A DNA stretch of 63,965 nt, the filler included, from Collodictyon triciliatum (Eukaryota), in assembly GCA_043381765.1 (NCBI GenBank). It is 11 parts of 11 records of this genome, joined end to end, with 100 filler letters (N's around TTAATTAATTAA, not from the genome) between each part and the next. Parts side by side here need not be neighbours in the genome. Positions count along the whole stretch, not along the records: positions 48,420 to 54,364 come from JBHJMP010004816.1; positions 54,465 to 60,407 come from JBHJMP010004817.1; positions 60,508 to 63,965 come from JBHJMP010004840.1; 8 more parts are not named here. One strand, 5' to 3'. The notes under the pieces are model-generated. The model searched no databases. It had not been told where the DNA came from and saw only the letters and a list, made by a program, of their open reading frames with translations. Positions 50,633-63,965 of the stretch are shown in pieces; within the stretch, counting starts at the first letter, position 1; every line of letters starts with the position of its first letter. The translations under genes and the position numbers were made by a program.

Positions 50633-53600
50633 TTTGCAGGTACCCATAACAAGAGGGCAATTTTCAAGGCAGTTCACATCACGACGGAGCAAATGACTCA
50701 AAAAAAAAAAAGTGGCCACACAGGCAAGAAACTACATCCCATCTGTGGAAAGGGAGGGCTGATATCCTGGGTGCACCTGGAAAAGACAAACGCAGCACCA
50801 AAGTTGACTGATGATGCAGAGCAGGGCTGAAGTTGCTGTAAACAGCTCCCAAATGAATCAAAATATGCACTATTGTTCGATTAATTTATCAATATAACCG
50901 CGATTGTTTGTGAGGGGCGAGCATCATATTCGCATTTGGCATCATCTTTACGTACTCTCGTGATTAGTATTTAATCATTATCTGCTTCGAATATGATATA
51001 AACTCGGTTGAAATGTAACAAGTAACCACAAGGATTATTCATACATATTTAATACTGTTCCCTATGGACCGAGTTGCACAGTGAATTTCTTCCTTTTTTA
51101 ATTTATGGTTTGATTCCAGCAAGCGAGCATTGATATCTGCCCAGATTCTGTGCCATAAAGTACTTCTTTTCTTTTTATACAGATTTGTAACCGAAGGTAA
51201 AGGGAAGTGTAAATTGTTTTCTTTGTTTGTTTGTTTGTTTTTCAGGGGCACTAGACATAATATGAATATCAAGGGCCGGTTAGGGTAGGGTTAGCTTGGG
51301 TTAGGATAGACTCAAAGTGCGTGGTGTGTAGGTAGTTGAGGTGTTATTACAGAGTTAGCTGGTAGAAGGTATGAACGGTCACTATCAAGAGTGGGAAGAC
51401 AGATAGGAAGGCAGAGTGAATGATTAGGGAATAAGCGCAGCAAATCGAATGTAATGAAGCGAAGCTATAAAGCAAGAGGCATGAGTGCATGACATGGAGT
51501 GCAAATATATGGTAGTCGATATCAATTGATGAGAATATGTGCAGATTAATGTGGATGGAGTAGGAATGACGAGAAACTATTAGAATGACGCAAATAATGC
51601 AGATAGATGTGATTTGGTGGGAAATGGCACGCATCGATCGGGACAATATTGTGCAAGATAATTAACAGAATATGAATACACATTGAAATCGCAGATAATA
51701 AATTAATAGTATGACACATCATCTATGATTGATACTGACTTTTTTAATTTTCATGTTACTTTTGTTGCGTCAAGAATGTTTTTTTTTTTTGGTGTTCAAA
51801 ACGTATAAGGTAGATTCTATTATTTGGAATTCGAGGAAGTTAATTACAACGACGCTGATATATTTTTAGTGAATAAGTTGGCCTCGAGGCCTTTAATGCT
51901 AATGAATTTGTATAATTATATATGTCAAAAGAAATACTAGACCGGTGTGATTTGTTTTTATATTGTTTTAAAATAAAGTCTTATGCACAATTACTATAAT
52001 TCGATGAAATCTGGCCATGGATGATATTGCAGTCTAGATTCTTGGTTATTGTAGCTTTATATGCGAAGAGGTTATTATTGATACTTACTGAACGCATAAG
52101 AGGGAACCCTTAATTCAGTTCCTGTTCCGACCAAAAATGTAACCAAATTCGACTCGTGTCACTGCTTTTTAGCGAAGGCACACCTGTAATATTGGGCTGT
52201 AGAAGAAAAAGTAATGTAACAAAGCCAAAACTTCCGTCACCTTGCACAAATTGAAAAGGAGAATAAAGAAGAAAAGGTAATACAAAGTCAGCTTTGTTAA
52301 ATCGAAATAAAGTACAAAATGGACATGCAAATGTTATTATCAATATATATATATATATATCGAACTTTAGGACGGTGTAGGTACGTTCAAATATAGGGAC
52401 GCGCCTATGTTGAGTAAATAAATAAAAAGAGTCTATTATCATGTAAATTTTATATTCAACTTTATTTAACCAAATCATTTATTATTATTGCTTTGATTTA
52501 CGTGTATCACCAACACCACTACTACTACGCGAATACGTTGAAACCTTTTCTTATAAAGGACTTACTTGAGCTGTCCTATAACTATTGGCTCTTGAAGACC
52601 GCGATTACGCTTGCAGTGTGCAGTGACTTATTAATATATCAAATTCTTATTTTGCATCATTTGTGAATAGCTTATAAAGAAGAGCCGAATGGTTGAATAA
52701 ATCACGTGTCTCGTTAATATTTGAGACGAAATGAATATAATATAAAAAGAGTACTCATTTTTCGTGAAATATATTTATTGGTAAAATTCATGTATAGCAT
52801 TTGATTATGTTAAAAAAAATCCAGTACGATGAAAGTGAATATCTAGTTTTTGTGCCGAAAATATGATTTATACCGCGTTATCTACTACATTTGGTATTTC
52901 TGATTGACTACTTGCAGGAAAATGATAAGGCAAATTTTACTAGAAATAAACTGTTCATGAAGTCTTGTTTATTGAACCTGTGTCATCTTTGATATATTTT
53001 TTGATTTTTTAAAAGGTTGAATTCAATTATCTGGTAAATACAATTTTTGAAGCATTGAAACGACGACTTATTATTGCAAATAATGACGACAGCACGATTT
53101 AAAATAGTTTGAATGTCCTTGGGCACACGTTAAGCTTATGAGCAGTTTTTTTTTGAAATACATTAAATACTACCGAGAGTTTTTATTTATTTATTTATAT
53201 AGCATTAAGGCGATACATTAGCGTGTATGCATAGTCGCAGAGTGGATAAAATTTTTGGTGAATTTTCTTATTGTAGTATTTGGCTGAGATGTTTTTATGC
53301 TTGAGCGAGTATGGCTTGATAGTATTATGATGGCAGGGTAATATCTTATTGCTATTAACAGTGGATATTTAATGTTAATTTATGGAAAATATACAATGAT
53401 TTCGTTATGTCTATGTTAAAATGTTCCATGTTTTTTATGTTTTTTTTTTACTTGAGGACTTAATTATTTTTGTCTAGCTTAACCTTTTGATTTCTTTGTG
53501 GTTCAATATAGTATTTTTTTTTCGTTTAATTACTGATATATGATTAAAAGGTTAAAAATGACTTAGTTTGCTAACCATTTTTTTTTGGTCTTGAGTTAAT

Positions 53601-54464
53601 TTATTTTCTATCAGCCATAATCTAATGCACATATCCAAACATAACGAATACGCATCCATACTTGAATGATGAGGGATGTGATTAAAATGTAAGAAATAAT
53701 TATAATCGCCTAAGGCATCCAAAACAGTCTTACGTTTAAGTCGACGATATTGAATGTGAAAATGGATGTCGTGTACAGTACTATTGGAAATACTAAGTAT
53801 TTGGTGAAAACACACTCACCCCAGGTTACCTACCCCAGTTTATTTGAACTTCATTAAGAGCAATCGTGCTTAGATAATTGCATATTTTAAAAAGTGTTGT
53901 AGAATAAAATCATTTAGCAGAGTATAATCTTAACATATATAAAAATGTCTTTTTTTCACAATATTTTATTATTAGGATATGCAAATCATATACTCACAGA
54001 CGCAGCCTACTTGAGGGTATGTTACATGCATAGCTCTATGCAGATCTGTTTCATAATATGTAAGATTAGCAGTGGGTGGCAGTTTGTAGCATTGCTAGTT
54101 ACTGTGTTTTACGCCAGCCTCCTCTGGTATTAATTATTAGTGAATGATGCAGCATTATAATTATTGCGTTTGTGAATATAAGATGGTGATACGATTTATA
54201 TAAGATATAAATATCGATCTTATGTTATAACTGAACAGCTTTACAACTCAAGTTACTACTTACCTAAAAGCATAACAAAAAAAAATAAAAAATAAATGGA
54301 GGTGAGCAAAGAAAAGTGAGAAAACAAATGAAGCAAAATATTAAAAGAAAACAATAAAAAAAAANNNNNNNNNNNNNNNNNNNNNNNNNNNNNNNNNNNN
54401 NNNNNNNNTTAATTAATTAANNNNNNNNNNNNNNNNNNNNNNNNNNNNNNNNNNNNNNNNNNNN

Positions 54465-54576
<112 letters not shown>

Positions 54577-55087
54577 AGGAAAAAGGAAAAAGGAAAAAGA
54601 AAGACTCAGAGAAGTTGCAAGAAACGAGGTTTCCCAGTGCGACTATGTGACACCACGATTTCTTCATGGCGGATTCAACTGGCGACATTTTCCCTTCGTT
54701 TTTGTTGAACTTGCGCAGTGCGTTGCAAAAGTCTTCTAATACTTCGTTTCCTCACCCCTGTTCCATTCATTTTTTATTTTCTGCTGGTTTTGTTTGCACA
54801 GAAGGTCAGGTTAGCCGCTGGAGTCGATTCGGCGCATGAAGCCAAGCAGGCATCGAAAGTTGGCGGTTGGGCTGCTATGGAATCGTTTTAGGCCTTTGCT
54901 ATTGCTTGGTGTTTTCTTCCACAGCCCAAATAGATGCAGAAAGCAAGGAAAGTATGCTTAAACACAGACTTGGTCAGTAAATCAGCTATCGAAACAGCTT
55001 ATCTTGTCCTATGCCTACCAGTGTCCTCGATTTAAAGGAGAGTCACACCTATGCAGTTTTTGATGCACTCTGAGACGTAGAAAGTCC

Positions 55088-55335
55088 CTTACATTCTTGC
55101 GTAAACCCTATGTTCTTAATTGCTCAGACCCTTTGAGAAGAGATATTGGAAAGAGACTGAGAAAGAGATTAAACCTCGCCTTACCTCTCTCACGCAAGCA
55201 CAAGACTAAGGCCATAGACCAAAGCACAAGATGCAATTCCTGATTACCGACTACTTCTCCGCCACCCGGCCAATTAGCGTCCATGCAAACGATGGCTAGC
55301 GAACCAAAGCCAACACCCTCTAACCTTTTGCACAA
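55088..55335 (+). mobile_element. Degenerate 3'-end fragment of the L1-like LINE family
   Basis: Aligns by eye to the reverse complement of 60508-60660 (CTCAGACCCT.TGAGAAGAGA.AT..GGAAAGA..CTGAGAA.GA.ATTAA.CCTCGCCTT...TCTCTCA.GCAAGCACAAGAC...GATGCAATTCCT); contains a frameshift and a stop. Confidence 0.75.
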
Positions 55336-56759
55336 AATTGAAAGGAATAAGTATAAAATGAAAAATAAATAACCAGACCGATGCTACAGTAGCCAAGTAT
55401 TGGTGCATGAGCTCTTTTCAAAAAAAAAAAAATTGTGTATAGTATCTAAAGACCACCACGAATCGCTCAATTTGTTTATGGAGCTTCTCTTGAATACACT
55501 AGTGAAATTCGCTGATTGAAAAACGCTCTGGGAAAGTTTACATATCTATTTTTATTTATACTTCATGCTACCCACAATTATAGATCCTTTACAAACCATG
55601 GCCCATTTACCAAATTGTAATCATTTACATTCCTGGATGTTGTAATCGCAGGTTGAGAACCGAAAACGACGAACTTTACGCTAAATATCAGCAGAAAAAC
55701 ATCTGCAGAAGATGCAGTAACATGGAAATTAGGTAATTATTTCATATTCATTTATCTATGACCCAATACATACACATCAACATATTAAGTATGTATTAAA
55801 TGCGAACGTTTCAGTTAAGTAAATGATATAATGAGGAGGCTAACGAACGGCGACTAAAGATTTTTTTCTTTATTGAATTCAAAAAACGGCGACTTAAGAT
55901 AAAGGCATAATACAAAGAAATAATTATCGACTTTTTTGGTTCCTTCCGTTTCCATTTCTTTTATCAACTTTTCTCAACAAATTACAGCATTAATCAAGGC
56001 TAGAGATGTGCCAATTAAAGGTCTATTGTGACTTTTTCTTTCAGTTTTTTTCTGTGGTTTGTCACAAAACCACCAAAAATAATTTACAAATATAACGATT
56101 TTTTTACGCGCAAAAAACGTGGACACTGCACCTTCTTTGTCTCAGATGGGTGGAAATGGGAGAGTAAAAAAAAAATAAAAAAAAAGGACTTTGATTTTAT
56201 AATAATGGATGGTTTAGAGGATTTTAAAAGGTATTTTAGGTGAGTTTTCCTTTTAAATCCAGCAAAATATATCCTACCTAGAATCCCTCATCAAAACAAC
56301 AAAATACATTCCCTGAAAGATTTTTCAATTTGCAAATACCAAAGCCCCAGAGGATACAGATTGGAAGATGAATCACATAACAGCTTTCCTATTAACCGAA
56401 AGGATATGGACCACCTAAAGACTTCGGTCAGTGTGTAAAAAAAGAAACAGGTACTAGAGGCTGCTCGATCAAAGAGACAAAGAGAGCGGGAAAAGGTGGA
56501 TGGTAACTTTTTGTTATGTAAAAAAATTGTCAACTTTTCTATTTGAAAACTTTAATATTTCAGTAAATTCGATAAAAATATTTTCAACCAAAAATCAGTT
56601 CCCTGGTTAGATTTTGGTCATGATATTGTTAAATATAATTATATAACTGTCTTGCCAAAGGAATATAGGTAGTGAAAACGCACTGTGGAAATATTTGAAA
56701 TTAGTACACACTCTCATTATGAGGAAAATGGTATATATCCTAATGTTATTCTTTTCCAA

Positions 56760-57790
56760 AAAGGTACATCATATAACTTTCCTGAAGTACCCACAGAGTC
56801 ACACCAACTACAGCTGTCCTGAACAACAAAGGAGAATGGCGCTCACGTCGCCCCATCTCATACGGAGCGCCGTCCCCATTTTTCTTTCGCCTGAAGAACC
56901 AAAGGCGGTCCATTAAACCTGACTCTCCGCAATTCTCGATGGCCATGGCGTACTCCAAGCTGTTTCGATATAAAATCATCAGTCCGAATACCTACACCGG
57001 AGAAAATGAGTCGTTGGGCCGAAACCATAGGCATTATAGACCCGCTGATATTCAAAAGCTGGAAGCAAGTCCGTATATTTCAGCTACTCCCGAAACACCA
57101 CGCCCTACTGCTCAATATCTCCAACAGAGAGCTGTGAATAGGTGCGCGTGTAGTCCATGCAGCAACGACCTCCCCAGAATGCACCATGTGCCATAGTGGA
57201 GATGACTCTATCGAACACACATTTGTGAAGTGCTCTCTTGCTCAAAAAGTGACAGAGTCTACCCACAAGATGCTCTCTGAGCTTGATTATGCTCCCAACC
57301 GACCCAGCGCGTCCGACATCCTGTTTGGTGCACACTAACAAATGACCCACGACTCTAGAATACTCTGGACAGTCACAAGGGGACATATGCTGTGGTCCTT
57401 ATGGAGTTTGTGCGTGCATTCTCTCGCTCTAGTGATTCACCCGAACGAGAAATCAATGTATCCAGGCTTGAGAGCCTCGTGCAATACAGCTTCCTGAATA
57501 GCCTGCTGAAACACGTGCGCATTCTTCGCTACTCTGACCGCAAGCGAAGAGAGATGTGGGAATGTGTCGTAAGATATCTCCCACAGCATATACAACCACT
57601 GCTACCCACGCAACCAATCAACCAGTTGGGACGCCCACCTGACCAACTCGCTATCACTGACTTCTTTCCAGTGCTACCCTCTCCACGGTAGTGTCTTCCC
57701 CTACTCGCGTTTGCTCTCTCCCACGCACACCTATCTCGCCCCTTTGTATGGCGTAACCCTTGCAGCACTTTGAATCAAATATGAAGGGCA
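56760..57790 (+). mobile_element. Degenerate L1/Tx1-like LINE ORF2 C-terminus with zf-RVT-type zinc knuckle; boundaries approximate
   Basis: WKQVRIFQLLPKHHALLLNISNREL*IG...ECTMCHSGDDSIEHTFVKCSLAQKV (CxxC-x7-H-x4-C) with in-frame stops and frameshifts. Confidence 0.78.
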
Positions 57791-60241
57791 TCTTTACTTT
57801 CAATCTGTTGATTTATTTGGTTGAGATATATATTTTCGTATGATATTTTGTCCTTTTTATGGGTTTTTTATGGGGTTTTGTGCTTTTTGCTGTGTTTTGC
57901 TCGAGATTTTGTGAGCTCCAGCCCGCGCGGAGCATGTCTTGTTTTAAGATACACGAGCCCCAACCCTATTGTGTGGATAAATACGAGTTCTCGCTTCTGC
58001 CAGGCATTCCGCACCAATCAGTCAAAAAGGAATACTAACAGGACAGTGACCGACACTGAGTGTATGCGTCAGAATATTTTGAAGGCGCACGAGAGAGACA
58101 ACCTGTTTGTGTTTCCGTTCGAGAGGACTTCGATATTCCCGTAAGCATAACTTCGAGAAGACTCTGAGTATTTCGCATCGCGCGAATCTTTCAACAGCCA
58201 AAACGACATGAAAAAAAAATAAAAAGCCTCACGAAATAAGTCTTTGGCAGATATGTGGGACATGAAATGTACATTCACGTGACGCAAGGGACATTTCGAA
58301 TGCTGTTCGAGTGACTTTCTCTGATTAATAGTGAGTACTACGCACTGATTCTTTTCCATGCTGTGCATACGCTGGTACTTACATCTCGCACCTGACTTCC
58401 TTTATTCTTTTGTCATGGAATCAGCGGGTGGTAGTATTTCTGGTTGCGCCCCAGTCTTCCATCGCGTTATGGACCTTTGAGTGCGAAACAGCTGTGTTCA
58501 GGCTGTTGTTCTGGTAGTTGCTGGGGAAACTCTGTGAGGTATCGGATGAGTCATAGGTTTTTTTCATATAAGATGATAAAGAAAAAAATGTTAATGTTTA
58601 GGGGAATTGAAATAATAGTATATCTAACCAGGCAATACAAGAAACTCATATGAGTATTAAACCAAGATTGAGCAAAGGACATACCTTCGTAAATGCACCA
58701 TATCTCCCATAGAAGCTTTGAGGAATTTCGTGTTGGGTGGGTGCGCGGGCACCGATGACAGATGAGCTCGTTGCATACATGAGATTTCTCGACGCAGATT
58801 TGTGTTTCAATCCTAGAGCGCAGTGGCGTGCGAAAATAACAGAAATACATATGCATGTATCAGCAAGGGGAAATATAGATGTATAATTTGATTTTTGGTC
58901 CGTTCCTTGATTCTGGCATTAACGTGAGAAGGCTGTAGTTTTTTGTTTTTTGTGAATATATATAGCCAAAACAACAGAACATGAATAACCCGGTGGACGA
59001 CGACGATTGATTTGTTCCTTTGTGTGCGTGAAGCTCAATCCAGGAAGCTGCTCCAAATCAAGCGATGGAAAGAGTTCCAGTAAAATTCGGTCTCCGAGGG
59101 TGTTTCCAAACCCCCACTATATTAAAAATGAAACAAGCTATCTTGAGGAAAAGTTGACATCATGTATTACGAGGGTTGAAATGGGGTTGAGTATATAATT
59201 TATAATTTTTTGGAAACTGTTGATATTTTGTATGACGGTGTATTGCTCTTTGAGATAGGAGTGTTATAACCTCTATTCCTTTGGCACAAAGTCGGTCACA
59301 AAGCTGATTAAAATTATCAGTTTATCAAACAAATCCCCATTAAAATTTATATTCGAATATGTATAATTGAAGAGAAGGCTCTCCAACCTCGGCTACAGGG
59401 ATAATCGAGTCAATTGATGGACCACATAAGCTCTTAAACTCGGCTTCCTGAAATGCGATTGTTTCAATTTAATATTAATGTCATGGACGCTTCAGAATCA
59501 AAATTTCCGTCCGATTGGCTGAAAAATAGATAGTAGCGTGAGCTCAAGAAACACTGCGGGTCACATTCAATATGCACCTTCTCTGCAAAGAGGTCGGATA
59601 TGAAGAGAATTTCAAGCAACGTGTGCTTGTCAACTAAGAGAGGTAGATAACTAGTAAATTGTCTATTTGGTGCACAATAATGCACGAAATACCATAATGC
59701 ATAATTCTGATTTTAAAATAGTGTAGAATTATTGTAAAACTACTCAATCATGATTAAAATAACCTGCATTGGTGAGAGTCTCTGCGAATGGATGATCAGC
59801 CAACTTTGCTGTGCGCCCACGAGCATCTATCAAGCAATTTCTTTAGCTCGTGCTTAACTTACGTTACCCAAATGAAAAGAATAAGATGCAGCAATATATA
59901 CTCCATAAGAAAGGATATATATTGCATCAAAGGTTGTAAAGTAGAGTTGATGCATTTACTAAAGAAAAAGTAACAGGTAAAGCATACCTTTGGGGACGTA
60001 GTTGGATGATACCACGTAGTCATTGAATGAAAATGTATCAAATGTATCCTAAATTGCGATATACACAAAAAAAATTTTTATATTAGCTTATTTATTTAAC
60101 ACCACCAAGACATTCACGATATCATAGTTGAGGATTTTGAATTTAAATGGCTAGTGTGATGAGTGAACCCCATAAGCTAGGGATTAACTATATTTTAATA
60201 AGGGGTATTGATTTAATCGTGAATATTGGAAAATGTTGATT

Positions 60242-60317
<76 letters not shown>

Positions 60318-60507
60318 AGGAAGAAAGAAAGAGAAAGAGAAAGAAAGAGAGAGAAAAGAGAAAGAGAGAAGAGAGAGAGAGAGAGAGAGAGAAAAAAAAG
60401 AGAGAAANNNNNNNNNNNNNNNNNNNNNNNNNNNNNNNNNNNNNNNNNNNNTTAATTAATTAANNNNNNNNNNNNNNNNNNNNNNNNNNNNNNNNNNNNN
60501 NNNNNNN

Positions 60508-60746
60508 AGGAATTGCATCCTGCGGTTTGGCCTGTAGCCTGGGTCTTGTGCTTGCATGAGAGATACAAGGCGAGGCTTAATATCCTTCTCAGCTTCTTTC
60601 CACATGTCTCTTCTCACAGGGTCTGAGGGGTAGAGAACGTGCAGGTGGCGAAGAAAGCTATTGAGGAAAGAGATTTGTATGATGTCATTCAGCCTGTTAT
60701 CAGGAATGGGTTCACCTCGGGTAGAATAGTCTACGTGTGAGAACAC
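60508..60746 (-). mobile_element. 5'-truncated LINE ORF2 C-terminal fragment
   Basis: RLNDIIQISFLNSFLRHLHVLYPSDPVRRDMW is homologous to RLESLVQYSFLNSLLKHVRILRYSDRKRREMW at 57464-57560. Confidence 0.75.
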
Positions 60747-61614
60747 TTTCTCTCTTTTCTATTTTTCTTCTTTTCTTCTCCCAAAACACGAAAACTCCAA
60801 CCAAAGAAGAAAAACAAAATAATAGTACCTTACGTGGTAGTATAAGTTCAGCTTATGGATAGCATTAAGTGTTTTTTTTTTTTTTTAAAAAAAAAAGGCT
60901 TCTTACTAAAGCACAATATATTTTTGAGGTGCAACAGGAAATATAATTCCATCAAAACCGAAGGCATTTTATTAGACACAATCAATGTTAATATTACAGA
61001 AGTAAACAAATGAAGAAGAACATGAACAAGAGAGGAGTCCTAGATATTGACAAAGCATTAGGAAGAAGAAAAAAAAATGGAGCAAGAAAGAGGATTTATC
61101 TACCCACGATGTTTCTACTCCTTATCGCATGCGCGCATGAGTACCAAAAGGTCTGCAGCTAAGCGAGACAATCGGGCATCAACGCTCCATCGATACTCCG
61201 CTGAACCCTGATTCGCACTTGGATAACGTGACCACATCCAGTTTGCCTGTATGGCCAAAGTGACGTATTTGAACTGAGCGCCCAACTGCGTCACCTTCTG
61301 TGGTCAGAACAAACCGTCCGCACCCCTTTTGCTCTCCTCCTTTTCGATCGCGCGGGTTTCGGTGGCGGCAAAAGGCAGGGAGTGGCGCAGGCCAAAAGCG
61401 TGATCAGAGGCCATGGGGCTGTCTCTGCAAGGCCAGGACAGAAGACTCGAGATCGAAGCGGCTCGGGCCTCTCGTCCTTGAGCCGCAACACGAAACAGCC
61501 AACGCTCCTTTTGCAGAGGCGGGTTTCATGCCCACCGTGTTGACAATGCTTCCTTCTCTGATCTATGCTCTCCCGTGGCTTTTTTCTGCCGATGGCCGAT
61601 GCACCAAAGGAACC

Positions 61615-63796
61615 ATGGAGGAAGAGTCTGTCTCGCTGCCTTTGATCCAATCTCCTAGGGTTTGTCTATAATCAATCGACCGCTTGAGTCTCCTCCTCCT
61701 TCTCCCTTTCGCCTCCTTTTCCTCAACCAAACGTTTGTTGCAGGAAACAACAAAGGACAACCTATTCTTTCATGAGAAGTACTTTGTGGAGCCGCTTCGC
61801 GTATTCTTCCGAAAGCTGGGGTACTTTGTGGCTGAAAATCCTTTTGTCATCATAGGAATCTCCTTAGCAGTGACAATAGCAATAAGTAAGTTGGTTTTCT
61901 TTTGTGTTTCTTTCTCTTCAATTCTGTAACTTATGTCTTGTTATCACACTGCGACGGCGATCTAGGCTGCGGGGCACTTTTGATCGAAAATGAGGACAGA
62001 CAGGAATATCTCTGGGGGCTGCAAGGAAGTGAGAGGTGATGGAACGATGCATTAGAGATATCGTTGCTGATGTCGAATACTTCCGATTCAAGACATACTC
62101 GACATTGCCTGCTGATTATTGAATATAAAAAAAATCTTAGCCAAGTGTTTCTAAAAGGAAAGAGGGACTTTCTTTCTTTCTTTCTTTCTTTTTTTATTGA
62201 TAAGTATTTCTTCATTTTTTTAACTTATTTTGATTAACATCGATATCAAACTAGCTGGGACAATTACCAACTTCGCATGGATTTGTACGGTGCAAATAAC
62301 CGAGTCAACACAATAATGCTTGTGGGCAAAGAAAGCTCTGGGACGGAAAACCTCTTGGATTTGCGTGCGCTTTTCCTTGATTCATTTTATTTTGAGCATA
62401 TTTCACACATAATTATCAGTATACATCTTATTACCTGAAACACTTAATCCATGAATACATGGAAATGGATATAGGATACTAATTGTCTACTTCATAGCTG
62501 TTTTTAGAGATATCTATCAGATTCACAAAGATGTCACTCAGAACGTCATGTATGACAACGGAGCAAAGTCTTATCCCGATGCTTGCCAGCAGGAGTATGA
62601 CGGTGGTCCATGTATTCTGAGTAATTTATTTCTCCTGTGGGGCTATAACGAGACCTTAGTTATGCAGGCCACGTAAAATCATATTATACACACTATAATG
62701 ATTCCCTTGCCTCTGTTTCTCCTTTATTATATGATTATCGTGTCTTTTTACATTTCTTTTTACATTTCTTTTCTTTTATCTTTTTTTTTCCTTTTTCATT
62801 TGATCATAAATTCAGAAAAGATTCGACGCTGTTTTCAACAAAGTATCCAAAATATTAGTAATAGCAACAATAATTTGCATAGACAACCCGAAATCTACCT
62901 CCTGATCAACCAATATGAAGAATTTCTCCCGGGACTCCTCGGTGGTGTTACACGCGATTCAAATGGACGAATTATTTCAGGTTAGAGAATCTATTGTCAC
63001 AATTACCCTCTAGTTTATCGGATGCATTTATATTCGCAATATTTTTTTCCTTCATTCGATTCAAAGTCTAATTGTAAAAGTCTATAACGTATATGAACAA
63101 CCCTTCTGAATCGCTTACACATAGTGAAATCAACTCTCTTTTCATACTACACTGATTCATCACGCGAGAGTGAATCAAAGAGATACGAGGACGTCTTTCT
63201 GGATTACGGATTTCTTGGTCGTCAAGGATATGATATGGCAGTTGTGGCTGCTGTATGAAGTTTTCCTTCTGATTCATATATTTGTGCAGTTGACTACCAC
63301 CTAGCATCACTCTAAATCATCTATACCTCCCCATCACTGCTATATTCATACATCAATTCACAGAGAAGTTGGACTGATGAAATCAACGAACTTCTTGTTA
63401 GTGATCAGAACTTATTCGCTGGAAGGTTGATAAAAGAAATATATACACCCAGTTTTATTTGATGATTATGGTTTATGTGTCGCAAGCCTTATTCTTTTCT
63501 TTCATTAGTATTATCCTGACATTAATATACACCAGTATTATTCTTGGAAAACGTAGCAGTAAGTGAAAAAATTATGACATATATGATTCCAAAAAAGAGG
63601 AAAATATAACAAAATATCATCAAAACTGAACCAGTAATAAAAGAATGTGATATTCTGCTTTAAAATTTCTTCATTATTCTGAAGTATTACTATCTCGCTT
63701 CCTTCTCGGATGTACGTCGATGATTGCTGTATTGTTCTCTCTTGGTATTGCCTTTGGAATGTCTGGCTATGCTGGTGTTAAATTCACAATTCTCAG
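61615..63796 (+). CDS. Patched/NPC1-family (PTCHD-like) sterol-sensing-domain protein, 3' truncated by the window
   Basis: LRVFFRKLGYFVAENPFVIIGISLAVT, IENEDRQEYLWGLQGSE, NLLD, SYPDAC..GPCILSN, LLGGVTRDSNGRII and SSD-type SRFLLGCTSMIAVLFSLGIAFGMSGYAGVKFT; multi-exon. Confidence 0.85.
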
Positions 63797-63965
63797 GTTG
63801 GTAATCCTAGGGTTCAATACGGCCTTTCACAATCCATACATTCTATTCTGATAATAGTAATTGACATTATATCGTTAAACTCAGTATGGTATGCACCTTC
63901 TTTTTTTTTTTTTTTTTTTTTTTCAAATATTTTTATTTTTCTTCTTTTTTTTTTTCTGTTTTTTT

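Noticed and set aside
48520-54364. Genes in the contig 48420-54364 (e.g. ORF 49543-49869)
   Set aside because: Only short ORFs without recognisable motifs or a consistent exon chain; not supportable.

Overview
This window is not one locus. It is 11 unrelated draft contigs (ten of ~5.95 kb, approximately length-sorted, plus a cut-off last one) joined by 100-nt N44-TTAATTAATTAA-N44 spacers, so adjacency across spacers has no biological meaning. Ten contigs look like an intron-rich, microsatellite-rich microbial eukaryote. They carry a nonaspanin (TM9SF), COG8, a divergent SUN-domain protein, a Roco GTPase-kinase, an RNI-type LRR protein, a DOMON-EGF repeat protein, two NHL-repeat proteins, a Patched-family protein and several decayed L1-like LINE fragments. 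The stand-out is contig 12112-18064: an intronless, tightly packed virion module of a Polinton-like virus (PLV)/virophage-like element. It encodes a putative double-jelly-roll major capsid protein, a penton, a 713-aa fibre and three small proteins. All six genes share a T(C/A)T(A/T)-N9-ATG upstream motif and there are hairpins at gene 3' ends, which suggests (by inference) transcription by a giant-virus helper. The second highlight is a Roco protein with a non-RD kinase and duplicated LRR modules built from 69-nt phase-0 exons on both sides. All family calls come from motif recognition by eye; no searches were run.
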